Below are positions 22,605 to 34,772 of a stretch of DNA of 64,000 nt, one piece after another (within the stretch, counting starts at the first letter, position 1; the number at the start of each line of letters is the position of its first letter). The translations under genes were made by a program, and so were the position numbers. The notes under the pieces were generated by a model, which was given only the letters and a program-made list of their open reading frames with translations, did not search any database and had not been told where the DNA came from. Source of the stretch: Escherichia coli (GTDB taxonomy: Bacteria > Pseudomonadota > Gammaproteobacteria > Enterobacterales > Enterobacteriaceae). The DNA is taken from NCBI RefSeq assembly GCF_024502345.1, contig NZ_JALDNN010000001.1; one strand, written 5' to 3'.

Positions 22605-23285
22605 TCACCCACTGTGGTATATGCGTTGTGGTCTGCCAACTTTGCCGTGAACAATTTCAGCAATAATCAGATGGCGGCTGGCGCAATATTCAAGATAACG
22701 CCTGGCAGTGGTGCGACTGATGGTCAGTGCCTGCGCCACCGTTTCTGCCGTATGTTGCACACCAGGCTCTTTAAACAGTTTTCGCACCGCGTTTAGCGTC
22801 AAGGGATCAATGCCGGTCGGCAGTTCGTCTTTAGGTTCACCGCGAGCATAGGCATTAAACATCTCATCAATTTGCTTCTGGCTGGCGCTATCAATACTTT
22901 CCAGCATATGTTTACGCTGGCGGAAACGGGTTAGCGTTTGCCCCAGCCGTTCATAGGCAATGGGCTTAATGAGATAATCAAATACACCACAACGTACGGC
23001 TTCAGACACCGTTTCCATATCGCTGGCTGCAGTGGTAAACACCACGTCGCCGGGATAATGCGCCTGCACCAGTTCATGCAATAAATTAATCCCTCTGCCG
23101 TCAGGAAGATAGTTATCGAGCAAGATTAGCCCCGGCTTAAAACGCTCGATCATCATTCGGGCCTGCGCCAGGTTTCCCGCCAGTAATATCTGACTGAATC
23201 CGGGAATGTGACGAATATATTCCGCATGCATCTCTGCCAGCGGCGTTTCGTCCTCAACGATCAATAGGGTTAATGGAGCTGTCAT
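22605..23285 (-). CDS. dpiA: two-component response regulator DpiA (CitB)
   Basis: 226 aa; receiver domain with phospho-acceptor Asp (LILLDNYLPDG) plus C-terminal HTH. Confidence 0.93.
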   Translation of the reverse strand: MTAPLTLLIVEDETPLAEMHAEYIRHIPGFSQILLAGNLAQARMMIERFKPGLILLDNYLPDGRGINLLHELVQAHYPGDVVFTTAASDMETVSEAVRCGVFDYLIKPIAYERLGQTLTRFRQRKHMLESIDSASQKQIDEMFNAYARGEPKDELPTGIDPLTLNAVRKLFKEPGVQHTAETVAQALTISRTTARRYLEYCASRHLIIAEIVHGKVGRPQRIYHSG

Positions 23286-24912
23286 TAGGTTTCACTTTCG
23301 GAATATAGATTGAAAATAAGGTACCGCAGGGATCATTATCTTCGAGAGTGATAACACCACCGCAGCGCGTTACATAGCTGGCAATCAAGTACAACCCAAT
23401 GCCATGTTCACCGGGCTCGTCAGCACGCGTACTGACCCCCTGCTCAAATATTTTGTCTCGTAGAGACTCTGGAACGCCGCAGCCCTGATCGGCGACTTCA
23501 ATCACCACATCATCGCCTTCATCGCTGAGGAATAATTCAACGATCTTGTTTCCTTCATCGCTACGCAGGCTGGCTTCGAAGGCGTTATCAAGTAAATTTC
23601 CCACAATGGCGGCAAACTCGGTGCTATCCAGTCCTGGCGGCAGTTGCGAAAGCTGGCTACCGGGGACGATGATCATTTTTAGCCCCAGTTCGCGGGCGCG
23701 CTGAACTTTACCAAAAAGCAGCCCCGCCACCTGGCGATCGGCAAACGCCTCGCGCAGGCTGTCAATAAGCTGTTGCTGGGCCTGAGACTCCCCCTGCACC
23801 ATCGCCAGCACGCGATCATACTCTTTCATCTGCAACAGACCATTGAGCGTCGACATCCAATTGAGATGCTCGTGTCGCAATGTACGAAGGCTCTCGACGT
23901 ATTGTTTTATTTGCGTCAGTTGCGCATTGAGGGTGGAAATTTCGTCTTTACTACGAAAGCTGATAATGGCCCCCAGCAAATCATCACCTGAACGAATAGC
24001 TTCCCGATTGGCAATAACGCTCAGACCGTTAAAGTTAGCCACCACATCCTGACGTTTTTCATCAATCTGTTCGGTAAAGAAATCGGCGGGCCTGACCACT
24101 TCAGCAATGGGTTTACCCAACCATTGCCGTCCGGGGGAACTCAGCCCCAGCATCTTTCTTGCGTTACGATTGATGGCGGTAATGTAACCGTGCGGATCCA
24201 CCGCAATCAGCCCTTCATAAACCGAACTAAACAGCGCCTCTTGCTGACGGACCACGCGTGCGATTTGCTTTGGCTCCATGCCCATCATCTGCCGACGGAT
24301 ATGCGCGGCCAGGAACCACGACAGCAACATCAGAATCCCTAACAGCACGACAAACACACCTGCCATCGGTAATAAAAACTCAGCCCGCCAGCTATCGATT
24401 TTACTCACCAGGTAGCCAATCGACACCACGCCGATGACTTTTCCATCGTCATCAAAGATTGGCGTTTTGGCGCGCATCGCCATACCCATTGACCCTTTCC
24501 CGGTAATGAAGTAGCTCTCCCCTTTCTCCAGCGCGCCCTGTTTGGTGAACTGCATAGGATAACCAATTTTCTCCGGATTAGGATGGTAAAGGCGGATCGA
24601 GTGCCGGTCGCCAATCACCACATAATCAAAATCGGTATCTCTTTGTAATTTGTTAGCGATGGTCGCCAGCCGTTTGTAGTCACGCGTTTTTACTGCGCTG
24701 ATGATACTGTCATTGGAGGCAATAATTTTCGCCTGATTCATTGCCATGTCGCGTACATGAAGCGTTAAATAGTCCTCAAAACTGGCCGTAAAATATTGCG
24801 CCAGGGCTGCAATGACAAATATTGAGAACACCAGAATCAGCAAAAAGATACGCAGCGGAAATGCCAGTCTTTGGAAAAATGCAAACTGTTTATTCTCGTT
24901 AAGCTGCAACAT
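23254..24912 (-). CDS. dpiB: sensor histidine kinase DpiB (CitA)
   Basis: 552 aa from MLQLNENKQ; two TM segments, periplasmic domain, HATPase; overlaps dpiA start by 32 bp. Confidence 0.93.
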   Translation of the reverse strand: MLQLNENKQFAFFQRLAFPLRIFLLILVFSIFVIAALAQYFTASFEDYLTLHVRDMAMNQAKIIASNDSIISAVKTRDYKRLATIANKLQRDTDFDYVVIGDRHSIRLYHPNPEKIGYPMQFTKQGALEKGESYFITGKGSMGMAMRAKTPIFDDDGKVIGVVSIGYLVSKIDSWRAEFLLPMAGVFVVLLGILMLLSWFLAAHIRRQMMGMEPKQIARVVRQQEALFSSVYEGLIAVDPHGYITAINRNARKMLGLSSPGRQWLGKPIAEVVRPADFFTEQIDEKRQDVVANFNGLSVIANREAIRSGDDLLGAIISFRSKDEISTLNAQLTQIKQYVESLRTLRHEHLNWMSTLNGLLQMKEYDRVLAMVQGESQAQQQLIDSLREAFADRQVAGLLFGKVQRARELGLKMIIVPGSQLSQLPPGLDSTEFAAIVGNLLDNAFEASLRSDEGNKIVELFLSDEGDDVVIEVADQGCGVPESLRDKIFEQGVSTRADEPGEHGIGLYLIASYVTRCGGVITLEDNDPCGTLFSIYIPKVKPNDSSINPIDR

Positions 24913-25291
24913 TGTTTTCCTTGCGGGTTGTCCCGAGCCTCTTTGACGGATGTAATTAAAATGTTGAATCAAAATACATAGATATTAATTATAATCGTGG
25001 CAAATTTTATTCATTAAATCAATTAAATCACTTAAACCTGCGGGTCATTTCGTAATTACATTAATTAAAAAACTTAAAACCATTAAATAAATAAAAAACC
25101 ACTAACTCTATGTGAAATAAATCAAAATTTCACGCCGAAATACTCCTTAGGATGTATAGCGAAAGGAGAAAAAGATATACCTCAATCACCCCCCTTTCTC
25201 CCAAGTGAAAATAAAAGGTTATCAGTTTGCAACATTGAACAACATTCGTTGCAAATCGATAACAACATGCACCTTCAGGATACTATTTATT

Positions 25292-26350
25292 ATGTTCGGC
25301 AATGATATTTTCACCCGCGTAAAACGTTCAGAAAATAAAAAAATGGCGGAAATCGCCCAATTCCTGCATGAAAATGATTTGAGCGTTGACACCACAGTCG
25401 AAGTATTTATTACCGTAACCCGCGATGAAAAGCTTATCGCGTGCGGTGGAATTGCCGGAAATATTATTAAATGCGTTGCTATCAGTGAATCCGTTCGCGG
25501 TGAAGGACTGGCGCTGACATTAGCCACTGAACTGATAAACCTCGCCTATGAGCGGCACAGCACGCATCTGTTTATTTATACCAAAACCGAATACGAGGCG
25601 CTGTTCCGCCAGTGCGGTTTTTCCACGTTGACCAGCGTACCAGGCGTGATGGTGCTGATGGAAAACAGCGCCACGCGATTGAAACGCTATGCCGAATCGC
25701 TGAAAAAATTTCGTCATCCCGGGAACAAGATTGGCTGCATTGTGATGAACGCCAATCCCTTTACGAAGGGTCACCGTTATCTGATTCAACAAGCTGCGGC
25801 ACAGTGCGACTGGTTGCATCTGTTTTTAGTCAAAGAAGATTCTTCACGCTTCCCCTATGAAGACCGGCTGGATCTGGTGTTAAAAGGCACCGCCGATATT
25901 CCACGCCTGACTGTGCATCGCGGCTCCGAATACATCATCTCCCGCGCTACGTTCCCTTGCTACTTCATTAAAGAACAGAGCGTCATTAACCATTGTTACA
26001 CCGAAATTGATCTGAAGATTTTCCGTCAGTACCTCGCTCCCGCACTGGGTGTAACTCACCGCTTTGTCGGTACTGAACCCTTTTGTCGCGTTACCGCCCA
26101 GTACAACCAGGATATGCGCTACTGGCTGGAAACGCCGACTATCTCCGCACCGCCCATCGAACTGGTTGAAATTGAGCGGCTGCGTTACCAGGAGATGCCG
26201 ATATCCGCTTCCCGGGTACGTCAACTGCTGGCGAAAAACGATCTCACGGCTATCGCGCCGCTGGTCCCTGCAGTCACGCTGCATTATTTGCAGAACCTGC
26301 TTGAGCACTCCCGCCAGGACGCGGCAGCTCGTCAAAAGACCCCCGCATGA
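25292..26350 (+). CDS. citC: [citrate (pro-3S)-lyase] ligase
   Basis: 352 aa from MFGNDIFTRV; first gene of cit operon divergent from dpiB. Confidence 0.93.
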   Translation: MFGNDIFTRVKRSENKKMAEIAQFLHENDLSVDTTVEVFITVTRDEKLIACGGIAGNIIKCVAISESVRGEGLALTLATELINLAYERHSTHLFIYTKTEYEALFRQCGFSTLTSVPGVMVLMENSATRLKRYAESLKKFRHPGNKIGCIVMNANPFTKGHRYLIQQAAAQCDWLHLFLVKEDSSRFPYEDRLDLVLKGTADIPRLTVHRGSEYIISRATFPCYFIKEQSVINHCYTEIDLKIFRQYLAPALGVTHRFVGTEPFCRVTAQYNQDMRYWLETPTISAPPIELVEIERLRYQEMPISASRVRQLLAKNDLTAIAPLVPAVTLHYLQNLLEHSRQDAAARQKTPA

Positions 26351-26364
26351 GAAACAGGTGAAAA

Positions 26365-26661
26365 ATGAAAATAAACCAGCCCGCCGTTGCAGGCACCCTT
26401 GAGTCTGGGGATGTGATGATACGCATCGCCCCACTCGATACGCAGGATATCGACCTGCAAATCAACAGCAGCGTTGAGAAACAGTTTGGCGATGCAATTC
26501 GCACCACCATTCTGGACGTTCTCGCCCGCTACAACGTGCGCGGCGTACAGCTGAATGTCGATGACAAAGGCGCACTGGACTGCATTTTACGTGCACGACT
26601 GGAAGCCCTGCTGGCACGCGCCAGCGGTATCCCGGCTCTGCCATGGGAGGATTGCCAATGA
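26365..26661 (+). CDS. citD: citrate lyase acyl carrier protein (gamma subunit)
   Basis: 98 aa [23 protein letters not shown]... Confidence 0.95.
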
Positions 26662-27566
26662 TTTCCGCTTCGCTGCAACAACGTAAAACTCGCACCCGCC
26701 GCAGCATGTTGTTTGTGCCTGGTGCCAATGCCGCGATGGTCAGCAACTCCTTCATCTACCCGGCTGATGCCCTGATGTTTGACCTCGAAGACTCCGTAGC
26801 ATTGCGTGAAAAAGACACCGCCCGCCGCATGGTTTACCACGCGCTGCAACATCCGCTGTATCGCGATATTGAAACCATTGTGCGTGTCAACGCGCTGGAT
26901 TCCGAATGGGGTGTCAACGACCTGGAAGCCGTCGTTCGCGGTGGTGCGGACGTTGTGCGTCTGCCGAAAACCGATACCGCTCAGGATGTTCTGGATATCG
27001 AAAAAGAGATCCTGCGTATCGAAAAAGCCTGTGGTCGTGAACCCGGCAGCACCGGCCTGCTGGCGGCGATTGAATCTCCGCTGGGCATTACCCGCGCAGT
27101 GGAAATCGCTCACGCTTCCGAGCGTTTGATCGGTATCGCCCTCGGTGCAGAAGACTATGTGCGCAACCTGCGTACAGAACGCTCCCCGGAAGGAACTGAA
27201 CTGCTGTTCGCTCGCTGCTCCATTTTGCAGGCCGCGCGCTCTGCGGGTATTCAGGCGTTCGATACCGTCTATTCCGACGCTAACAACGAAGCTGGATTCC
27301 TGCAAGAAGCCGCCCACATCAAACAGCTGGGCTTTGACGGCAAATCGCTGATCAACCCGCGTCAGATTGATCTGCTGCACAACCTCTACGCACCGACCCA
27401 GAAAGAAGTGGATCACGCCCGCCGCGTCGTAGAAGCCGCTGAAGCCGCCGCTCGCGAAGGCCTCGGCGTGGTTTCCCTGAACGGCAAGATGGTGGACGGT
27501 CCGGTTATCGATCGCGCCCGTCTGGTGCTCTCCCGTGCAGAACTTTCCGGCATCCGCGAAGAATAA
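26658..27566 (+). CDS. citE: citrate lyase beta subunit (citryl-ACP lyase)
   Basis: 302 aa from [10 protein letters not shown]; overlaps citD stop. Confidence 0.95.
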
Positions 27567-27576
27567 GGCAATCAAA

Positions 27577-29109
27577 ATGACGCAGAAAATTGAACAATCT
27601 CAACGACAAGAACGGGTAGCGGCCTGGAATCGTCGCGCTGAATGCGATCTTGCCGCTTTCCAGAACTCGCCAAAGCAAACCTACCAGGCTGAAAAAGCGC
27701 GCGATCGCAAACTGTGCGCCAACCTGGAAGAGGCGATTCGTCGCTCTGGTTTACAGGACGGCATGACGGTTTCCTTCCATCACGCTTTCCGTGGCGGTGA
27801 CCTGACCGTCAATATGGTGATGGACGTCATCGCGAAGATGGGCTTTAAAAACCTGACCCTGGCGTCCAGCTCCCTGAGTGATTGCCATGCGCCGCTGGTA
27901 GAACACATTCGCCAGGGCGTGGTTACCCGCATTTATACCTCCGGCCTGCGCGGTCCACTGGCGGAAGAGATCTCCCGTGGTCTGCTGGCGGAACCGGTGC
28001 AGATCCACTCTCACGGCGGACGTGTGCATCTGGTACAGAGCGGCGAACTGAATATTGATGTGGCTTTCCTCGGCGTCCCGTCATGTGATGAATTCGGTAA
28101 TGCCAACGGCTACACCGGTAAAGCCTGCTGCGGCTCCCTCGGTTATGCAATGGTTGATGCCGACAACGCAAAACAGGTCGTGATGCTTACCGAAGAACTG
28201 CTGCCTTATCCGCATAATCCGGCAAGCATTGAGCAAGATCAGGTTGATCTGATCGTCAAAGTTGATCGCGTTGGCGATGCTGCAAAAATCGGCGCTGGTG
28301 CTACCCGTATGACCACTAACCCGCGCGAACTGCTTATTGCCCGTAGCGCTGCGGATGTGATTGTCAACTCTGGCTACTTCAAAGAAGGTTTCTCCATGCA
28401 AACCGGCACCGGCGGCGCATCGCTGGCGGTAACCCGTTTCCTGGAAGACAAAATGCGTAGCCGCGATATTCGCGCCGACTTCGCCCTTGGCGGTATTACC
28501 GCGACGATGGTTGACCTGCACGAAAAAGGTCTGATCCGCAAACTGCTGGATGTGCAGAGCTTTGACAGCCATGCTGCGCAATCGCTGGCCCGTAACCCCA
28601 ATCACATCGAAATCAGCGCCAACCAGTACGCTAACTGGGGTTCGAAAGGCGCATCGGTTGATCGTCTCGACGTGGTGGTACTGAGCGCGCTGGAAATTGA
28701 CACGCAGTTCAACGTTAACGTGCTGACCGGTTCTGACGGCGTACTGCGTGGCGCTTCCGGTGGTCACTGCGATACCGCGATTGCCTCTGCGCTTTCCATC
28801 ATCGTCGCGCCGCTGGTACGCGGTCGTATTCCGACTCTGGTGGATAACGTGCTGACCTGCATCACCCCGGGCTCCAGTGTCGATATTCTGGTCACAGACC
28901 ACGGTATCGCAGTTAACCCGGCACGTCCGGAACTGGCAGAACGTCTGCAGGAAGCGGGCATTAAAGTGGTTTCCATTGAGTGGCTGCGCGAACGCGCGCG
29001 TCTGCTGACCGGTGAACCACAGCCGATTGAATTCACCGACCGCGTCGTTGCCGTTGTGCGTTACCGCGATGGCTCGGTGATCGATGTTGTGCATCAGGTG
29101 AAGGAATAA
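27577..29109 (+). CDS. citF: citrate lyase alpha subunit (citrate CoA-transferase)
   Basis: 510 aa from MTQKIEQSQRQ. Confidence 0.95.
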   Translation: MTQKIEQSQRQERVAAWNRRAECDLAAFQNSPKQTYQAEKARDRKLCANLEEAIRRSGLQDGMTVSFHHAFRGGDLTVNMVMDVIAKMGFKNLTLASSSLSDCHAPLVEHIRQGVVTRIYTSGLRGPLAEEISRGLLAEPVQIHSHGGRVHLVQSGELNIDVAFLGVPSCDEFGNANGYTGKACCGSLGYAMVDADNAKQVVMLTEELLPYPHNPASIEQDQVDLIVKVDRVGDAAKIGAGATRMTTNPRELLIARSAADVIVNSGYFKEGFSMQTGTGGASLAVTRFLEDKMRSRDIRADFALGGITATMVDLHEKGLIRKLLDVQSFDSHAAQSLARNPNHIEISANQYANWGSKGASVDRLDVVVLSALEIDTQFNVNVLTGSDGVLRGASGGHCDTAIASALSIIVAPLVRGRIPTLVDNVLTCITPGSSVDILVTDHGIAVNPARPELAERLQEAGIKVVSIEWLRERARLLTGEPQPIEFTDRVVAVVRYRDGSVIDVVHQVKE

Positions 29110-29112
29110 GCC

Positions 29113-30517
<1,405 letters not shown>

Positions 30518-30567
30518 TTATTTAAACACTTGATAAATTTTGAAATATTAATTTTCGGAGAACCCGT

Positions 30568-32031
30568 ATGTCTTTAGCAAAAGATAATATATGGAAACTA
30601 TTGGCCCCACTAGTGGTGATGGGCGTCATGTTTCTTATCCCTGTCCCCGACGGTATGCCGCCGCAGGCATGGCATTACTTCGCTGTGTTTGTGGCAATGA
30701 TTGTCGGCATGATCCTCGAGCCAATTCCGGCAACAGCGATCAGTTTTATTGCGGTTACTATTTGCGTTATTGGCAGTAATTACCTGCTCTTTGATGCCAA
30801 AGAATTAGCTGACCCAGCGTTTAATGCGCAAAAACAGGCGCTGAAATGGGGTCTGGCTGGTTTTTCCAGCACCACGGTATGGCTGGTATTTGGCGCATTT
30901 ATTTTTGCATTAGGGTATGAAGTTTCCGGGTTAGGTCGTCGCATTGCCCTTTTCCTGGTGAAATTCATGGGCAAACGCACGCTGACGTTGGGTTATGCGA
31001 TTGTCATTATCGACATTCTGCTGGCACCGTTTACACCGTCCAACACCGCGCGTACCGGGGGTACGGTTTTTCCGGTCATTAAAAACCTGCCGCCGCTGTT
31101 TAAATCATTCCCGAACGATCCGTCCGCGCGTCGTATTGGCGGCTATTTGATGTGGATGATGGTCATTAGTACCAGTCTGAGTTCGTCCATGTTTGTCACC
31201 GGTGCGGCACCAAACGTGCTGGGTCTGGAGTTCGTCAGCAAAATTGCCGGTATCCAGATTAGCTGGTTGCAGTGGTTCCTCTGCTTCCTGCCGGTTGGGG
31301 TTATCTTGCTTATCATTGCGCCGTGGCTTTCCTACGTGCTGTACAAACCGGAAATCACACACAGTGAAGAAGTGGCAACCTGGGCAAGTGATGAACTAAA
31401 AACCATGGGTGCGCTGACACGCAGAGAGTGGACGCTGATTGGCCTTGTATTGCTCAGCTTAGGTTTGTGGGTATTTGGCAGTGAAGTCATTAATGCTACT
31501 GCGGTTGGTCTGCTGGCAGTTTCGCTAATGCTGGCCCTGCACGTTGTGCCGTGGAAAGACATTACCCGTTATAACAGCGCATGGAACACGCTGGTCAACC
31601 TGGCAACTCTGGTTGTGATGGCTAACGGCCTGACTCGTTCTGGTTTTATTGACTGGTTCGCCGGTACCATGAGTACGCACCTGGAAGGATTCTCACCAAA
31701 CGCAACGGTGATTGTACTGGTTCTGGTGTTCTACTTTGCACACTACCTGTTTGCCAGCCTGTCTGCGCACACGGCAACCATGCTGCCGGTTATTCTGGCC
31801 GTCGGTAAAGGTATTCCGGGCGTACCAATGGAACAACTGTGTATCCTGCTGGTGCTGTCTATCGGTATCATGGGCTGTCTGACGCCGTATGCAACCGGTC
31901 CTGGGGTGATTATTTACGGCTGTGGCTATGTGAAATCAAAAGATTACTGGCGTCTTGGCGCAATCTTCGGGGTGATTTACATCTCTATGTTGCTGTTGGT
32001 TGGCTGGCCGATTCTCGCCATGTGGAACTAA
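30568..32031 (+). CDS. citT: citrate:succinate antiporter
   Basis: 487-aa polytopic membrane protein at end of cit operon. Confidence 0.93.
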   Translation: MSLAKDNIWKLLAPLVVMGVMFLIPVPDGMPPQAWHYFAVFVAMIVGMILEPIPATAISFIAVTICVIGSNYLLFDAKELADPAFNAQKQALKWGLAGFSSTTVWLVFGAFIFALGYEVSGLGRRIALFLVKFMGKRTLTLGYAIVIIDILLAPFTPSNTARTGGTVFPVIKNLPPLFKSFPNDPSARRIGGYLMWMMVISTSLSSSMFVTGAAPNVLGLEFVSKIAGIQISWLQWFLCFLPVGVILLIIAPWLSYVLYKPEITHSEEVATWASDELKTMGALTRREWTLIGLVLLSLGLWVFGSEVINATAVGLLAVSLMLALHVVPWKDITRYNSAWNTLVNLATLVVMANGLTRSGFIDWFAGTMSTHLEGFSPNATVIVLVLVFYFAHYLFASLSAHTATMLPVILAVGKGIPGVPMEQLCILLVLSIGIMGCLTPYATGPGVIIYGCGYVKSKDYWRLGAIFGVIYISMLLLVGWPILAMWN

Positions 32032-32052
32032 TACGTTCGCCAAACGCTGAAT

Positions 32053-32087
32053 AAATCATCACGCCCGCCAGGTAAGCCCACCTGGCG
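32053..32087 (+). terminator. intrinsic terminator downstream of citT
   Basis: cccgccaggt-aagccc-acctggcggg followed by tttttt. Confidence 0.75.
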
Positions 32088-32144
32088 GGCTTTTTTATGA
32101 TTTAATAGATAGTATTCAGTGTATGTATGAGTTCCACACCCATT

Positions 32145-32951
32145 ATGAAAGCATTCTGGCGTAACGCCGCGTTGCTCGCGGTTTCTCTGCTTCCCTTCTC
32201 TTCTGCCAACGCCTTAGCGTTGCAGGCAAAACAGTATGGCGATTTTGATCGCTATGTCCTGGCTCTCTCCTGGCAAACCGGATTTTGCCAGAGTCAACAC
32301 GATCGAAATCGTAACGAACGAGATGAATGTCGCCTGCAAACCGAAACGACCAACAAAGCTGATTTTCTGACCGTACATGGTCTGTGGCCAGGATTACCTA
32401 AATCGGTCGCTGCCCGTGGTGTTGATGAACGCCGCTGGATGCGCTTCGGTTGCGCTACTCGCCCAATCCCGAATCTACCAGAAGCGCGCGCCAGCCGGAT
32501 GTGTTCATCGCCGGAAACCGGATTATCACTGGAAACGGCCGCTAAACTAAGTGAAGTCATGCCAGGAGCTGGCGGACGTTCCTGCCTGGAACGCTACGAA
32601 TATGCCAAACACGGTGCCTGCTTTGGTTTTGATCCGGACGCATACTTCGGTACGATGGTACGCCTGAATCAAGAAATTAAAGAGAGCGAAGCCGGAAAAT
32701 TCCTTGCGGATAATTACGGTAAAACAGTGAGCCGCCGTGACTTTGACGCCGCCTTTGCCAAAAGCTGGGGAAAAGAGAACGTGAAAGCAGTTAAGCTAAC
32801 GTGCCAGGGTAACCCTGCGTATTTGACTGAAATTCAGATCTCGATCAAAGCTGACGCCATCAACGCTCCGCTTTCTGCAAACTCATTCTTGCCACAACCT
32901 CACCCAGGTAACTGTGGCAAAACCTTTGTGATTGATAAAGCGGGTTATTAA
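32145..32951 (+). CDS. rna: periplasmic ribonuclease I (RNase T2 family)
   Basis: 268 aa from MKAFWRNAALLAVSLLPFSSANA (signal peptide); HGLWP catalytic motif. Confidence 0.93.
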   Translation: MKAFWRNAALLAVSLLPFSSANALALQAKQYGDFDRYVLALSWQTGFCQSQHDRNRNERDECRLQTETTNKADFLTVHGLWPGLPKSVAARGVDERRWMRFGCATRPIPNLPEARASRMCSSPETGLSLETAAKLSEVMPGAGGRSCLERYEYAKHGACFGFDPDAYFGTMVRLNQEIKESEAGKFLADNYGKTVSRRDFDAAFAKSWGKENVKAVKLTCQGNPAYLTEIQISIKADAINAPLSANSFLPQPHPGNCGKTFVIDKAGY

Positions 32952-33087
32952 TCCTCTGATTTACAAAACACGCTAATTCGTCTTCCATAATCATGACGAT
33001 TAAGAATTATACATAATGCGCTGCATTGAGGAATTCCCTGAATGTGACGCAAATCACTTCAAAGAGTGAGCAACAGTCAGTATCATC

Positions 33088-33121
33088 ATGTGAGTTAAAC
33101 CCTCGCCGCCTGACGGTGAGG
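33088..33121 (+). terminator. intrinsic terminator between rna and rnk
   Basis: ccctcgccg-cctga-cggtgaggg followed by ttttctttt. Confidence 0.65.
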
Positions 33122-33179
33122 GTTTTCTTTTGGGTATGTTTATCTGCGACACTCGCAGTACCGACGACATGGAGTAAAA

Positions 33180-33590
33180 ATGTCCAGACCAACTATCATC
33201 ATTAACGACCTGGATGCCGAACGCATCGATATTCTGCTGGAGCAACCCGCCTATGCTGGTTTGCCAATCGCCGACGCGTTAAACGCAGAGTTGGATCGCG
33301 CCCAAATGTGTTCGCCAGAAGAGATGCCACACGACGTGGTGACAATGAACAGCCGGGTTAAATTCCGCAATCTTAGCGATGGCGAAGTGCGTGTGCGCAC
33401 GCTGGTGTATCCGGCAAAAATGACCGATAGCAATACTCAGCTTTCCGTTATGGCTCCGGTAGGTGCCGCACTGCTGGGACTGCGCGTTGGCGATTCCATT
33501 CACTGGGAACTTCCGGGCGGCGTTGCAACCCACCTTGAAGTGCTGGAACTCGAATACCAGCCAGAAGCTGCTGGCGACTACCTGCTTTAA
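33180..33590 (+). CDS. rnk: regulator of nucleoside diphosphate kinase (GreA/GreB-like)
   Basis: 136 aa [22 protein letters not shown]... Confidence 0.92.
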
Positions 33591-33727
33591 TCCCATCTGC
33601 ACAAGCGATAACTCGCTTTGCCCAGAGGATGCACTCGCATCCTCTTTACGCAAAATCAGCAATTTTTCCTGGTTCTCACTGTTCACTTTTGCTGCAAAAT
33701 TATTCCGTTTCGTTTGTGGGAATAACC

Positions 33728-33817
33728 ATGGCAGAAGCATTTTACATCCTGATAGGATTTCTGATTATGGCGGCGATTATCGTCATGGCTGTCCTTTACC
33801 TCGAAAACCACTCCTGA
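33728..33817 (+). CDS. candidate small hydrophobic protein (29 aa, single predicted TM helix)
   Basis: Hand translation MAEAFYILIGFLIMAAIIVMAVLYLENHS; weak GGGAA SD-like sequence upstream; lies inside a 62-aa track ORF. Confidence 0.3.
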   Translation: MAEAFYILIGFLIMAAIIVMAVLYLENHS

Positions 33818-33820
33818 CGA

Positions 33821-34655
33821 TCATATTGTTCCCCCCGGCATCGCATTCACCAGACCTGAAACCGCCTTCTGCGCCGCCTCTGCGCTTTGTGCACCGGGTA
33901 CCAGAATCACCTTACGGCACTCCTCTTCACGTTTTTCGAAAATCTCATATCCCCGGGCGGCCTCTTCAAACGGCATATAGTGGGTAACAATTTCTTCTGG
34001 TTTCAGTAATCCTTTCTCAATTAACGGTAATAATTCTCCCAGCCATGCGTGAACGTGGGTCTGTCCCATTTTAAACGTCAACCCTTTATCAAAGGCGTCG
34101 CCAAACAGGAAACCGTGAATAAATCCAGCGTAGACGCCCGGTACGCTAACAATGCCGCCACGCCTGACCGCCCCAATACACTGACGCAACGCTTTACCGC
34201 TGCTGCCCTCCAGTTTCAGGTTAGTCAGCACCGTTTCCGTGGTGCTGCCTTTCGCTTCAAAACCGACGGCGTCTATTACTGCATCCACGCCCCGGTGACC
34301 TGCCGTTTGTTCAATAATTGACTGTGCCGGATCGCTATCTTCATCGAAATTAATCGGGATCGCGCCGTAGCGGTCGGCGGCGAAACGCAAGCGGTAGGGA
34401 TGATGATCAACAACAAAAATCTGTTCCGCACCGAGCAACCGTGCACAGGCGATTGTCAACAATCCCACAGGACCAGCACCATAGACTGCAACGCTTGAAC
34501 CTTGTTGGATCTGCGCATTTTTTGCTGCCTGCCATGCCGTTGGCAGAATATCAGAAAGGAAAAGCGCTTTATCATCTGCAAGCAAAGGCGGTACTTTAAA
34601 CGGCCCCACATTCCCTCTAGGGACGCGGACATATTCCGCCTGCCCACCATGTTCA
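33821..34655 (-). pseudogene. ybdR: 5'-truncated Zn-dependent alcohol dehydrogenase family gene (Rossmann and C-terminal part only)
   Basis: 262-aa ORF retains the GAGPVG NAD-binding motif and C-terminus but lacks the N-terminal catalytic domain; homology stops at an in-frame TAA about 45 nt upstream and AT-rich sequence follows. Confidence 0.7.
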
Positions 34656-34772
34656 GTGAGAATATATTAATCACAGAAACCGTTTGTAAGGAAAAAGAAC
34701 CAGACAAATATCAGGGATAAATATTATAATCATGGTGAATGATTTGTTCATGATTAACAGGGAGAAAGGGTT

